The notes beneath the pieces were generated by a model. That model worked only from the letters and a program-made list of their open reading frames with translations. It made no database searches and was not told the origin of the DNA. Positions 9,282 to 21,502 of a DNA stretch of 64,000 nt are shown piece after piece. Each line of letters starts with the position of its first letter. Position 1 is the first letter of the stretch. Both the position numbers and the translations under genes were made by a program. Location of the stretch: contig CAKUAI010000006.1 in assembly GCA_934636245.1 (NCBI GenBank), positions 8,548-72,547 on the forward strand. The letters are read 5' to 3'. This DNA is from an uncultured Coriobacteriales bacterium (GTDB lineage: Bacteria; Actinomycetota; Coriobacteriia; Coriobacteriales; UMGS124).

Positions 9282-10244
9282 GTGGTGAACCAGGTGCTAA
9301 AAACAATTCTGAAGCGCGTTCTGCAGGCGATACCGACCCTGCTGATTGTCGTGACGTTCACGTTCATCCTCACGCGCATGATTCCCGGCAACCCTGCCCA
9401 GACCATTCTTGGTCCGCAGGCAACGGCTGAGAGCATCGCGGCGATGGAGACGAAGCTCGGCCTCGACCAGCCCAAATGGGTCCAGTACATCGACTATGTC
9501 CTGTCGGTGCTTCAGGGCGACTTCGGCACGTCGTACTCCTACGACCAGCCCGTCACCGAGCTGATTGCCCAGCGCATCCCCGCTACCCTGCAGATCACCA
9601 TCATCGGCCTTCTCATCGCCATCATCATCGGTGTGTGCATCGGCATCTTCTCCGCGCTCAAGCAGTACTCCGCAGGCGACTACATCTTCATGGTGCTGGC
9701 CCTCGTGGGCGTCTCGATGCCCATCTTCTGGCTCGGCCTCATGATGGTCAAATACCTCGCAGTCGACCTGGGGTGGTTCCCCGTCTCGGGACGCGGTGAC
9801 GGATCGTTTGGCGACCTGGTCTACCACATGGTGCTGCCGTGCCTGTGCTTGGCCACCATCCCCACGGCGACCTTCGCCCGCATCACCCGCTCGAGCATGC
9901 TCGAGTCCATCCATGCCGACTCCATCAAGGCCCTGCGCGCCCGCGGCATCAAAGAGAAGGCCATCGTTTGGAAGCACGCTCTGAAGAACGCCCTGCCGCC
10001 CATCGTGACGGTGCTTGGCCTTCAGATTGCCGGTTGCTTCACCGGCGCCATCCTGACCGAGAGCATCTTCTCCTGGCCCGGCATGGGCACGCTCATCGTG
10101 AAGGCAATCACCAATCGTGACTACATGCTCATCCAAGGTGCGGTTCTGTTCTTTGCCATCGTGTTTATCGTCGTCAACCTCGTCGTCGACCTCGTGTACA
10201 TGATCATCAACCCGCGCGTGAGCTACGAGGGAGGTTCTAAATAG
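9282..10244 (+). CDS. ABC transporter permease (DppB/OppB-like)
   Basis: Multi-span hydrophobic protein with a typical N-terminus LKRVLQAIPTLLIVVTFTF. Confidence 0.9.
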   Translation: MVNQVLKTILKRVLQAIPTLLIVVTFTFILTRMIPGNPAQTILGPQATAESIAAMETKLGLDQPKWVQYIDYVLSVLQGDFGTSYSYDQPVTELIAQRIPATLQITIIGLLIAIIIGVCIGIFSALKQYSAGDYIFMVLALVGVSMPIFWLGLMMVKYLAVDLGWFPVSGRGDGSFGDLVYHMVLPCLCLATIPTATFARITRSSMLESIHADSIKALRARGIKEKAIVWKHALKNALPPIVTVLGLQIAGCFTGAILTESIFSWPGMGTLIVKAITNRDYMLIQGAVLFFAIVFIVVNLVVDLVYMIINPRVSYEGGSK

Positions 10245-10246
10245 CC

Positions 10247-11188
10247 ATGGCAAACAACACTGCTACCGCACAGGCCAAGGGTTTTGCGCCTGAGTACGAC
10301 GAGGAGCTGCTGAAGCGCGAGCGCAAGGCCAACAGCGCCTGGAGCAAGCTTCGCCGCAACAAGACCGCCATGGTCGGCCTCATCATCGTCGTCGTCATGA
10401 TTCTTCTTGCCGTGTGCGCACCTCTCTACACGCAGATCACCGGCTTCCAGTTCAACAAGATCGACCCCATCCACGGCTACCTTGAGCCCGGCACGGTCGT
10501 GAACGAGGGCGAGATGGCCCACATTCTCGGCACCGACAAGCTGGGCCGCGACCTTCTGTGCCGCCTGCTCTACGGAGCCCAGACCTCGCTCATCGTCGCC
10601 TTCGGCGGCACCATCGTCGCCGGCCTCATCGGCGCCCTGCTCGGCCTCATCGCCGGCTTCTTCGGCGGCTGGGTCGACTCGCTCATCATGCGCATTATGG
10701 ACGGCATGCTGTCCTTCCCCTTCATCCTTCTCGCCATCATCCTCATGACGGTGCTGGGATCGGGACTGTTCAACGTCATCTTGGCAATCGGTATCGGCAG
10801 CGTGCCCAACTTCGCACGCGTCCTGCGCGGTGAGGTCATCATCGTGAAGAACGCCGAGTACTGCAACGCCGCCCGCGTGCTGGGCGTTTCCAACGCTCGT
10901 ATGCTCTTCACCCACATCCTGCCCAACGCCATCTCGCCGCTCATCGTGTACGCCACGCTGGGCATCGCCGGCGCCATCATCTCCGAGGCGGCCCTTTCGT
11001 TCCTGGGCCTGGGCATCACCGAGCCCACTCCCTCCTGGGGCCAGATCCTCTACAGCGGCAAGGACGTCATGGGCAACCATCCCATCATCTCTACGGTATC
11101 GGGCATCTTCATCCTCGTCACCGTGCTCGGCTTCAACCTGCTGGGCGACGGTATCCGCGATGTTATGGATCCCAAGATGAAGAAGTAG
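10247..11188 (+). CDS. ABC transporter permease (DppC/OppC-like)
   Basis: Hydrophobic, with GTDKLGRDLL and the EAA-loop region typical of DppC. Confidence 0.9.
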   Translation: MANNTATAQAKGFAPEYDEELLKRERKANSAWSKLRRNKTAMVGLIIVVVMILLAVCAPLYTQITGFQFNKIDPIHGYLEPGTVVNEGEMAHILGTDKLGRDLLCRLLYGAQTSLIVAFGGTIVAGLIGALLGLIAGFFGGWVDSLIMRIMDGMLSFPFILLAIILMTVLGSGLFNVILAIGIGSVPNFARVLRGEVIIVKNAEYCNAARVLGVSNARMLFTHILPNAISPLIVYATLGIAGAIISEAALSFLGLGITEPTPSWGQILYSGKDVMGNHPIISTVSGIFILVTVLGFNLLGDGIRDVMDPKMKK

Positions 11189-11251
11189 GCCTGTCCCTTT
11201 TGGGACATGGCACGAACGACCCGACACGGCCGAGATCGAGGAGAACGACCA

Positions 11252-13278
<2,027 letters not shown>

Positions 13279-13379
13279 GACCGCACGCACGCGCTTCAAA
13301 CAACCAGTAAAATTGCGGGTCGCATCCTCGCCACGAGTTGCGGCCCGCACCGCGTTTGAAATCCTCAAAGGAGACGAAC

Positions 13380-14636
13380 ATGGGCATCACGAAGCAGCAA
13401 CTCCATCAGATGGTCCTGGACAACAAGGCCGAGCTCCTCGACCTGTGCTCCAAGCTCATCCAGATCAAGAACCAGAGCCCCATCGACGACCAGCTTCCCG
13501 CCATGAAGTTCGTGGCCGACTGGCTCGCCGCCAAGGGCATCGGCTCTGAGATGCTCGAGCCCAACCCCGAGTATCCGGTCCTTCTCGCCAAGATGGGCAA
13601 CGAGGATGGCTTCCGCGTCGTCCTGAACGGCCATGTGGACGTCGTGCCCGTGGGCGACCCCAGCGGCTGGGACTTCGACCCGTTCTGCGGCACCGTGACC
13701 GACACCAAGATCCTCGGTCGCGGCACCTCCGACATGAAGTGCGGCCTTGCCACCCTCATGTTCACCATGGGCCTTCTGAGCACCTCCGGCGCTGAGCTGG
13801 GCGGCGACATCAGGCTCCATGTCGTGTGCGACGAGGAGATCGCCGGCGGCGGCACCACGTGGCTCTGCGACAACGGTTATGCCGACGGCGCCGACGCCGT
13901 CATCATCGGCGAGCCCACCGGCCATGACACCATCGAGATCGGCCAGAAGGGCATCCTGCGCCTGACCCTCGTTGCCACCGGCGTCCCCGGCCACGGCAGC
14001 ACGGGCAACTACAAGGGCGAGAACGCCATCGAGAAGCTTGCCCAGGTCCTCCCCTACGTCCAGCGCCTCACGCAGGTCGCCGGCCACTACAAGCCCGAGC
14101 AGGCCACGGCCCTTGCCAACTCCAAGACCATCGCCGAGCGCTGCCTCCATGCTCCGGGCGTGGGCAACGTCATCGACCACGTGTCCACCAACATCGGCGT
14201 GATCGAGGGCGGCACCCGCGCCAACATCGTGCCCGACCGCGCCACGGCCCTCATCGACTGCCGCCTGCCTTGCGGCGTCGACCACGATGAGATCGTCGCC
14301 ACCGTCAACGCCCTCATCGCCGAGTCCGGTGCCAAGGACGTGACCGCCGAGTTCAACTGGATCTCCGAGGGCAACTACACCGACGACACCTGCCTGCTCG
14401 TCACCAGCTACAAGAAGAACATCGAGGGCGTCTGGAACGAGGAGTGCCTGCCAGCCTACCAGTGGGCCTCTTCCGACGCCCAGCACTACCGCGACCTGGG
14501 CTGCCCCACCATCCAGTTCGGTCCCGCCAACAACGACGGTATCCACGGCTACAACGAGGACGTCGACATCGAGGACGTCGTGCACGCCGCCGAGATCCAC
14601 ATGCTGTCGCTGTGCGACATGCTTGGCATCGAGTAG
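13380..14636 (+). CDS. M20 family metallopeptidase (ArgE/DapE/carbamoylase-like)
   Basis: ATG 13380 follows AAAGGAGA. NGHVDVVP, GRGTSDMK, CDEEIAGGG. Confidence 0.85.
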   Translation: MGITKQQLHQMVLDNKAELLDLCSKLIQIKNQSPIDDQLPAMKFVADWLAAKGIGSEMLEPNPEYPVLLAKMGNEDGFRVVLNGHVDVVPVGDPSGWDFDPFCGTVTDTKILGRGTSDMKCGLATLMFTMGLLSTSGAELGGDIRLHVVCDEEIAGGGTTWLCDNGYADGADAVIIGEPTGHDTIEIGQKGILRLTLVATGVPGHGSTGNYKGENAIEKLAQVLPYVQRLTQVAGHYKPEQATALANSKTIAERCLHAPGVGNVIDHVSTNIGVIEGGTRANIVPDRATALIDCRLPCGVDHDEIVATVNALIAESGAKDVTAEFNWISEGNYTDDTCLLVTSYKKNIEGVWNEECLPAYQWASSDAQHYRDLGCPTIQFGPANNDGIHGYNEDVDIEDVVHAAEIHMLSLCDMLGIE

Positions 14637-14686
14637 GGTCCACTCCCCTCTCTCTAGCCGTTCCACCTGCACCACCGTTATAGTAA

Positions 14687-14733
14687 GGCACCCCGGAGGC
14701 GCAAGCTTGAAAGCGTCTCCGGGGTGCCTTTTT
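14687..14733 (+). terminator. rho-independent terminator
   Basis: GGCACCCCGGAG..CTCCGGGGTGCC stem followed by TTTTT. Confidence 0.7.
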
Positions 14734-14782
14734 GATGCCGTGCTATATGCGGAAACACCGCAGGCGAGCTCAGCCAGTCTTC

Positions 14783-15484
14783 CTACTTCAGGCCGAACAG
14801 GTAGAACTGGTTGCCTGCATCCTCAAGGCCAGAGAACTCAAGCCAGCGCCTGAACTCGCTGCCCTCGGGATAATCGACGGTCCTGCGGCTCTTGCAGTCC
14901 TCGTGCAGGGTGTCGAGGGAGATATGCAAGATGTGGCCGTTCTCGACAACCTTGCCCTTGCGGCCCTCCTCGGTGTACTTGCCGGGAACCTGCGAGGGAT
15001 CGAGCACGATAGCGGTGTCGCCGTCCTCATCGATGCCCACAACAGCGACAAAGTGACCGCCGTGCGAAAGCAGGCCCACCCAGCCGTCCTCAGGACGGTC
15101 GCCGCCGACGTTCGCGATGCCCATGTAGCCAGCCAGAAGCAGCGAGCGCACAAGTTCCTTGTCCATGGTCACGACCAGGTCGAGGTCGAAGCGCTCGGCC
15201 AGGTAGGGGGCGTACTTGCCCATGTCGGTACCCGGGCTGTGGTTGGCGCCCACCGACATCGAGAGCTCCAGGGCGTCAGCCAGCGAGAAGTCCTCACCGG
15301 TGAGGTTGGTGATGGCCATGCTGGCCGAGCACACGCCGCAGCCGGCATCGCTAACCGAAGTCGTGGGGTTGTACAGCTCAGGGCAACCCGTGTTGGTGGG
15401 GTACAGCACGTGCGGGTAGTTCTTCTGGTTCACGTAGTACATTGGTTCAATCCCTTCTTCCGTCAACATATCGCTTGCCATCAT
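14783..15484 (-). CDS. putative papain-like (C39-like) cysteine peptidase
   Basis: Candidate Cys in DAGCGVCSASMA and His in SHGGHFVAVVG. ATGA overlap with the upstream CN-hydrolase stop suggests coupling. Confidence 0.5.
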   Translation of the reverse strand: MMASDMLTEEGIEPMYYVNQKNYPHVLYPTNTGCPELYNPTTSVSDAGCGVCSASMAITNLTGEDFSLADALELSMSVGANHSPGTDMGKYAPYLAERFDLDLVVTMDKELVRSLLLAGYMGIANVGGDRPEDGWVGLLSHGGHFVAVVGIDEDGDTAIVLDPSQVPGKYTEEGRKGKVVENGHILHISLDTLHEDCKSRRTVDYPEGSEFRRWLEFSGLEDAGNQFYLFGLK

Positions 15485-16290
15485 GCGTAAAACCTCTCAT
15501 ACAGGTCAGGGCGGACCCACTCAAGCCACTTCATGGCCTTATGGCGCTTGTCCACCTCATCCTTGAACAGAGTGCAGACAAAGTACGTGTCGGGCTTCTC
15601 AACAAGGTTGGCAATGATGAAGCCGTCGGGGTCGCAGCACATGGAACGGCCCACCTTCACCGGGCCGCGAGCCGTGGGGCCCGTGCGGTCGCACGACACG
15701 CAGTACACGCCATTCTCCGACGAGCGAGCGCGGTTGCAGATCTCCCACAGGTCGTCGTCGGGGTATGCCCAGCTGCTGGAAACGGCCAAGACGTCGCAAC
15801 CGTGCAGGGCATAGCCGCGTGCAAGCTCGGGGAAGCCGAAGTCGGCGCAAATCATGATGCCGACCTTCATGCCGTTGAGCTCGAACATCCCAAGCTCGTG
15901 GCCGGCCTCGATCGTGTCGCGTTCCTCGTTGTAGAGGTGAATCTTGCAGTAGTCGGCAAGAATCGAGCCGTCGGGGGCGAACACAGTCGCCATGTTGTAC
16001 AGCTTGCCGTCGGGACGGCGTTCAAGACGGCCGGCAAGGATGTTGATCCCCGTCTGCGCCGCCAGTCCTTTCCAAAACTCAAGGGCGCGCGCGGTCATAG
16101 CCTCGTCAACCTGCTCGAGCGGCACGCCGCCTTCCAGGCATCCCTCATGGAACAGCATGAGGTCGACGCCCTTCTCGTTTTCTGCCACTCGCAGCGCCAT
16201 GGCGCGAGCGTTGCTCATGTTCGCATCGAAGGCGTTGTCCTCAACGCTCACCTGGACAGATGCGACTTTGATGCTGGGACCTTGCGACAT
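15481..16290 (-). CDS. carbon-nitrogen hydrolase family amidohydrolase
   Basis: Nitrilase-superfamily Glu/Lys/Cys contexts (LFHEG, KIHLY, ICADFGFPE). ATG 16290 follows GGAGGG. Confidence 0.85.
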   Translation of the reverse strand: MSQGPSIKVASVQVSVEDNAFDANMSNARAMALRVAENEKGVDLMLFHEGCLEGGVPLEQVDEAMTARALEFWKGLAAQTGINILAGRLERRPDGKLYNMATVFAPDGSILADYCKIHLYNEERDTIEAGHELGMFELNGMKVGIMICADFGFPELARGYALHGCDVLAVSSSWAYPDDDLWEICNRARSSENGVYCVSCDRTGPTARGPVKVGRSMCCDPDGFIIANLVEKPDTYFVCTLFKDEVDKRHKAMKWLEWVRPDLYERFYA

Positions 16291-16440
16291 GGACAATCCC
16301 TCCAATCAACCTCACGGCCAGACAGCCACTTAAGCGCCCCGCGCCTCCCATGCGACAATGCGACAGGATGCACGGGGCGCCTTGCGACGTACCAGGCTCG
16401 TCAGCGCAGGCAACAAGCCCAACAAAACACAGGCTTTCCC

Positions 16441-17802
16441 CTACTTCACGCCCTTGTCGTCAAGATCGCCGCACATGGCGCGGTAGGCGACATCGGTGGA
16501 GTCGATGGCGGCGTCGCGCTCGAGAGAACGGGCGTAGGCGCGCTCCTTCATCAGCTCGCGATAGGCGGCTGCGGCGGCATCGTCGCGAGCGATCTTCTCG
16601 GCGCGGCGACGGGCGGCCTGGGCCCGCTCCTCCTCGCGAATCGCAGGGGCGGCGGCGCGCTCCTCGGCACGGATGGCGCGAATCTGCCTACGCTGGGCAT
16701 CCTGGGCCTCCATGTAGGCCTCCTGCATGTCGGCTTGAGCCACCTGATAAGACGTGAGCAGCTCGCGCTCACGGGTCTTCGCAGCCTCGACCTTGACGTT
16801 GCGCTCCTCGCGCATCGCCTCGCGGGCCTCGCGGGCCTGAGCCTTCTCGTCCTTGCGGCGGGCCTTCTCGGCGGCACGGGCAAGGCGGTACTCCACGTCG
16901 GCGGCGTCCTTGAGCCTGCGCCACTCCTCGCGAAGCATGGCCTCCTCGCTCACGCGGGCCTTGCCGGCTTCCGAACGAGCCTGCACGCGGGCGTCCTCTT
17001 CCTCCAGGCGAACCCTGCGGGTATCCGCGCAGAGGTTGTCGCGCACGGCACGCAGCTCGGCCTCGCGGTCTGCAAAAACCTTGAGTTGGTCGTCCGTCAC
17101 ACCGGCGCGCTTGGCGTCGCGAAGCTCCGCCAAAGCGATAGCGTGCTTCTTCGTGGCCTCTTCAATCGCCTCGGCGCGGGCGTCGTTGATCTTGGCACGC
17201 GCCTTGAGCTGCTCGTCAGACTCCTTGATGCGGCCGACCGTGCCCCTCGTGCGGGAACGGCGCAGCTCGCGCAGGGCCTTCTTGTACTCGCGGCGCGCCA
17301 GGACGGCGCGCTCGTTGGCCTCGACCCAAGCGGTGCGACCCTCGGCGCGGGTAAAGCCCTGCTCGACGGCAATCTCCCACGAACCGCGCTTGTAGGCGTC
17401 CTCGGCGTCGTTGCGCTCCTGGCGCACCTGCGCCAGGGCATGCTGGTGAGCGGGGCCCTCCTCCTTGCGGAAGGCGCGCTGCTCGGCGCGGGTCTCGCGG
17501 CGCAGCGTTGCGGCGTCCAGGCGGGCCTCGACCCACTCGGTGCGACCCTCGGCGCGGGCAAGCTCACGGTCGACGTTCATCTGCCATGCCTCGGCACGCG
17601 CGGCATCGTCGGCAGCCAGACGCTCCTCGCGCAGGCGCTTCACAACCTGCGCGTCGGCGGCGTCCTCCTGCGCGTACTGCTCGCGCTTGCGGTTCTTGAG
17701 CTCGCGCAAAGCGGCACGCTGCAAAGCCTTCGACACAGAGGGCTTGGGCGTCACGACCTGCGCGGCAGGCGTGACCTCTTCAATCTTCGTAGACTCCTTC
17801 AT
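16441..17802 (-). CDS. highly charged Ala/Arg/Glu-rich coiled-coil protein, function unknown
   Basis: Long clean ORF opposite only shadow ORFs. Internal repeat RAEGRT(E/A)WVEA. ATG 17802 follows GGGGAG. Confidence 0.6.
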   Translation of the reverse strand: MKESTKIEEVTPAAQVVTPKPSVSKALQRAALRELKNRKREQYAQEDAADAQVVKRLREERLAADDAARAEAWQMNVDRELARAEGRTEWVEARLDAATLRRETRAEQRAFRKEEGPAHQHALAQVRQERNDAEDAYKRGSWEIAVEQGFTRAEGRTAWVEANERAVLARREYKKALRELRRSRTRGTVGRIKESDEQLKARAKINDARAEAIEEATKKHAIALAELRDAKRAGVTDDQLKVFADREAELRAVRDNLCADTRRVRLEEEDARVQARSEAGKARVSEEAMLREEWRRLKDAADVEYRLARAAEKARRKDEKAQAREAREAMREERNVKVEAAKTRERELLTSYQVAQADMQEAYMEAQDAQRRQIRAIRAEERAAAPAIREEERAQAARRRAEKIARDDAAAAAYRELMKERAYARSLERDAAIDSTDVAYRAMCGDLDDKGVK

Positions 17803-17859
17803 GGCGAATCTCCCCATCAAGTCGGAAACGCATGTGGGTACGAGACGTGCCTTTTGGAG

Positions 17860-18753
17860 CTAGAGCAGCTCCTTGGGGCACGTGGTGATAACGACGGCAT
17901 TCTCGCCGGTGTAGGTGCCGATGACCGGGCCCATCCAGCTGGGCTCGGGATTGTAGGCGACGCCCGCGGCATCAAAAGCAGCCTTGAACGCGTCGACGCG
18001 ATCGAGGGCGTTGGAGTGGCTGAAGCGCACCTCGCACGGGCCCTGCTTCTCCTCGATGGACTTCACGTAGGCAGCGCAGTCCTTGAGCAGACCCTTCACG
18101 CCGCGCGACTTCGTGACCGTCTCGATGACGCCGTCGGGCTTATCGAGGGCAAGAATCGGCTTGAGGTTGAGCAGGCCCGCGGCCACGCCTGCGGCCTTGC
18201 CGATGCGGCCGCCCTTCACGAGGTTGTCGAGCTGGTTGAGGGCCACGACGGTCTGAATCTCCTGGGCCATGCGGCGCATGTGTGCGGCGGCCTCCTCGAG
18301 GGTAGCGCCCTCGTCGCGCATGCGGATGGCCTTCTCGCACATGAGCGAGTTGCCCTCCTGCACGGCAAGGGAGTCGATGACCTCGACTTTGATGCCGTCC
18401 TGGGCGCAGATGTCGGCCGCCATGCAGGCCGAGTGGTGCGTGTCGGACACACCGGAGCTCAGCGTGATGCAGATGACGCCCTCGCAGCCCTCGGCCGCGG
18501 CGCGGAACGCCTGCTCGAACTTGCCCGGCGCCGGGCACGACGTCTTGGGCAGGCCCTGGGGCAGGTACTCGGCCATGCGACGGAAGAACTCCTCAGGCAG
18601 CATGGTCTCGCCGTCGATGTACTCCTCCTCGCCGAAGCGCACGGTGAGGGGCACAACGGAGACGCCCTGCTCCTTCAGGCGCGGGGTAGGCGTGGCGCTC
18701 GTGGAATCAAGAACGATTGCGAACAAAGTAAGCTCCTCACTGAAGAGAGACAT
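17860..18753 (-). CDS. DegV family fatty-acid-binding protein
   Basis: Frame of ORF 17860..19218, start ATG 18753. FAIVLDSTS, TSCPAPG and a DegV-like C-terminal half. Confidence 0.85.
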   Translation of the reverse strand: MSLFSEELTLFAIVLDSTSATPTPRLKEQGVSVVPLTVRFGEEEYIDGETMLPEEFFRRMAEYLPQGLPKTSCPAPGKFEQAFRAAAEGCEGVICITLSSGVSDTHHSACMAADICAQDGIKVEVIDSLAVQEGNSLMCEKAIRMRDEGATLEEAAAHMRRMAQEIQTVVALNQLDNLVKGGRIGKAAGVAAGLLNLKPILALDKPDGVIETVTKSRGVKGLLKDCAAYVKSIEEKQGPCEVRFSHSNALDRVDAFKAAFDAAGVAYNPEPSWMGPVIGTYTGENAVVITTCPKELL

Positions 18754-18860
18754 TTTGCCGACAAGTATAACCCAAGTGCACGCCGGCTCATCGCGAGGCG
18801 GGCACGCGTGCCGCAAGCGGCTCGAATGGAATCGGGCGGCGACACCGTACGGCCCGCGCC

Positions 18861-20792
18861 CTACTCCCTGCCCGTGATGCAGTCCAGGAAGCGCTGGCCG
18901 AAGCGGGCGGCCTTGGCCTGGCCCACGCCCTGCACCTCGAGCAGCTCGTCGAGGTCGGCTGGGCGTTTGCGCGTCATGTCGGTAAGCGTTGCGTTGTTGC
19001 ACACGATATAGGCCGGCACGCCTTCCTCGCGGGCAATGTTCGCGCGCAGTGCACGCAAGCGCTCGAACAGCTCCTCGTCGATGTCGTCCGCCACAGCAGC
19101 GCCGCCGCGCCCGAACGTCGCGCCCTTGGAGCCCGTGACCTCCCGGTCGGGGGCGGCGTTGGCACGCATGCGCTTGGGCACCTTGAGCAGGTAGGGGGTC
19201 TTGTCGCGCAAGAGCCACTGCCGGCCCGCTTCGGTAACGTAGACCGTGGGATACTGCCCCGGCGTGACTGCAAGCAGGCCCGCCTCCTCAAGGGAGTCGA
19301 GCACGAAACGCACGCGCTGGGTACTCACGTCGGACATGATGCCCCAGGTAGAGAGACCGTCATAACCCGCCTCCATGATGCGCTGGGCATGCGATCCGCG
19401 CAGCACGTCGACGACGGTAGATTTGCCGGCCGTGCGGCCCAGCCCTGCGATGCGCAGCACGCAGCTCACGACCTTCTGCGCTTCCACGGTGGCGTCCTGC
19501 TCCTCCACGTCGGTCGAACAGTTGGAGCAATGCTCGCAGCGGAAGGGCGTGTCGGTCTGGCCGAAGTAGCGCAGCAGGTACGAGCGCAAACAGTCGGTCG
19601 TGGTGCAGTAGAGCGTCATCTTCTTGAGGCGTTCGCAGTCCCGCGCATACAGCAGGTCGGCCGTCTCGGGGTCGCAGCCGCCCGACTCAAGCTCGTCTCG
19701 GCTACGGTCGATGAGGAACTGACAGGTCTGCACGTCTTTCTTGTTGTAGATGAGGATGCAGTCGGCAGCCGAGCCGTCACGCCCCGCGCGGCCCGCCTCC
19801 TGATAGTAGCCTTCGAGGTCAGACGGCATGTTGTAATGGATGACAAAGCCGACGTTGGACTTGTCGATGCCCATGCCGAAGGCGTTGGTGGCCACCATCA
19901 CGTTTGCCCGGTCGTAGAGGAACTCCTCCTGATTGGCATGGCGCTCCTCCGAAGAGAGTCCCGCGTGGTAGCGCGTGGAGGCAAAGCCCTCCTGCCAGAG
20001 CAGCTCGCAGACGTGCTCCACGGCCTTGCGGGTGGAGCAGTACACGATGCCCGTCTGACCCGATTGGCCCGCCTGCCCTGCGGCATCGCGCTTTGCGGCG
20101 CGCGCCGCGACGAGGCGCAAAAGGGTGCGGTCCTTGTCGCGCGGCTCGGGGCGCTCGACGCCGAAGTAGAGGTTCGGCCTGTCGAATCCGCCCACAAGCA
20201 CAAAGGGGTCGCGCAGCTCGAGGGCGTCCACGATGTCGCAGCGCACCTCCTCGGTGGCAGTCGCCGTGAGGGCGGCCACCGCGGGACGGACAGGCAGGCT
20301 CTCCACAAACCCGGCGATGGCGCGGTAGTCGGGCCGGAAGTCCTGCCCCCACTGCGACACGCAGTGCGCCTCATCTACGGCCACGAGCGAAATGCGCGCG
20401 ACCTGGGCCAGCTCGGCCATGCGCGGCGTGGAGAGGCGCTCGGGCGCCACATAAAGCAGCTTCACGTCGCCCGACAGGGCACGCGAAAACGCGCGGGCCT
20501 GCTCGTCGACACTTTGGGTGCTGTTGACGCACGCGGCGGGAATCCCGGCTTGCTCCAAGCCCGCCACCTGGTCTTTCATAAGCGAGATGAGCGGGGACAC
20601 CACAAGCGTGAGCCCCGGCAGCAATAGCGCGGGTATCTGGTAGACCACCGACTTGCCGGCGCCGGTGGGCATGACGCCGAGCACGTCACGGCCAGCAAGC
20701 ACCTGCTCCACCAGGTCGCGCTGGTTGGGGCGGAAGTCGTCGTATCCGAACCGCTCCTTGAGGGCGGCGCGGGCATCTTGCATGGTGGGCAT
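18861..20792 (-). CDS. recQ: ATP-dependent DNA helicase RecQ
   Basis: FGYDDFRPNQ, MPTGAGKS, VDEAHCVSQWG, Zn-binding Cys cluster and an HRDC-like C-terminus. Confidence 0.95.
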   Translation of the reverse strand: MPTMQDARAALKERFGYDDFRPNQRDLVEQVLAGRDVLGVMPTGAGKSVVYQIPALLLPGLTLVVSPLISLMKDQVAGLEQAGIPAACVNSTQSVDEQARAFSRALSGDVKLLYVAPERLSTPRMAELAQVARISLVAVDEAHCVSQWGQDFRPDYRAIAGFVESLPVRPAVAALTATATEEVRCDIVDALELRDPFVLVGGFDRPNLYFGVERPEPRDKDRTLLRLVAARAAKRDAAGQAGQSGQTGIVYCSTRKAVEHVCELLWQEGFASTRYHAGLSSEERHANQEEFLYDRANVMVATNAFGMGIDKSNVGFVIHYNMPSDLEGYYQEAGRAGRDGSAADCILIYNKKDVQTCQFLIDRSRDELESGGCDPETADLLYARDCERLKKMTLYCTTTDCLRSYLLRYFGQTDTPFRCEHCSNCSTDVEEQDATVEAQKVVSCVLRIAGLGRTAGKSTVVDVLRGSHAQRIMEAGYDGLSTWGIMSDVSTQRVRFVLDSLEEAGLLAVTPGQYPTVYVTEAGRQWLLRDKTPYLLKVPKRMRANAAPDREVTGSKGATFGRGGAAVADDIDEELFERLRALRANIAREEGVPAYIVCNNATLTDMTRKRPADLDELLEVQGVGQAKAARFGQRFLDCITGRE

Positions 20793-20933
20793 CTAGGCTC
20801 CTTGAGACATTTTGCTGTATGGGGACGATTGTATGCCCGACACGGATAAAATGGATCCCACAAGACGCATCCCGCGCGACACGCGCCCCGCTGGATGCCG
20901 CACGCCATCAAGAGACAGGCAGGTACCGGCTTT

Positions 20934-21371
20934 ATGACCCCGTATATTCACCGCGTCGCCTATTACGAGACCGACCGCATGGGCATCACGCACCACTCCA
21001 ACTACATACGTTGGATGGAGGAGGCGCGCGTGGACTACCTGGACCAGATCGGCTGGAACTTCGCGCGGCTCGAGGACGAGGGCATCACCTCTCCCGTGTT
21101 GGGCGTGGAATGCTCGTACAAGAAGCCCACCACCTTCGAGGACCGCGTGTCCATCGTGGTGAGCCTTGCCGAATACACGGGCGTGCGCTCGACGTTTGCC
21201 TACGCCATGAGCAAGGTCGACCCTGAGACGGGACGCAGCCGCGTGGTGTTCACGGGCACCTCACAGCATTGCTTCGTGAACCCGCAGGGGCGCCCCATGC
21301 GGGTGGACAGGGAGCTGCCGGCCTTTGACGCGGCGCTCAAGGAAGAGTTGGCGAAGAACGAAGCCCGCTAG
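20934..21371 (+). CDS. acyl-CoA thioesterase (4HBT/YbgC hotdog family)
   Basis: VAYYETDRMGITHHSNY motif. Start ATG 20934. Confidence 0.8.
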   Translation: MTPYIHRVAYYETDRMGITHHSNYIRWMEEARVDYLDQIGWNFARLEDEGITSPVLGVECSYKKPTTFEDRVSIVVSLAEYTGVRSTFAYAMSKVDPETGRSRVVFTGTSQHCFVNPQGRPMRVDRELPAFDAALKEELAKNEAR

Positions 21372-21502
21372 GGCGGGGCAGGGCGCCCCGGGGACCCGAA
21401 CAGCGCGGCCGGCCCAGTCAAGCCAGACCAGCCGAGCCACGCGCAATACTCGGTCTTCAAATTTGTAACAAAATCGAAAGCACACTCCCGAAAGGAAGCA
21501 AA

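Noticed and set aside
18754-19218. 5' extension of the ORF containing degV.
   Set aside because: It is Arg/Gly-rich and overlaps the 3' end of recQ. DegV homology starts at ATG 18753.
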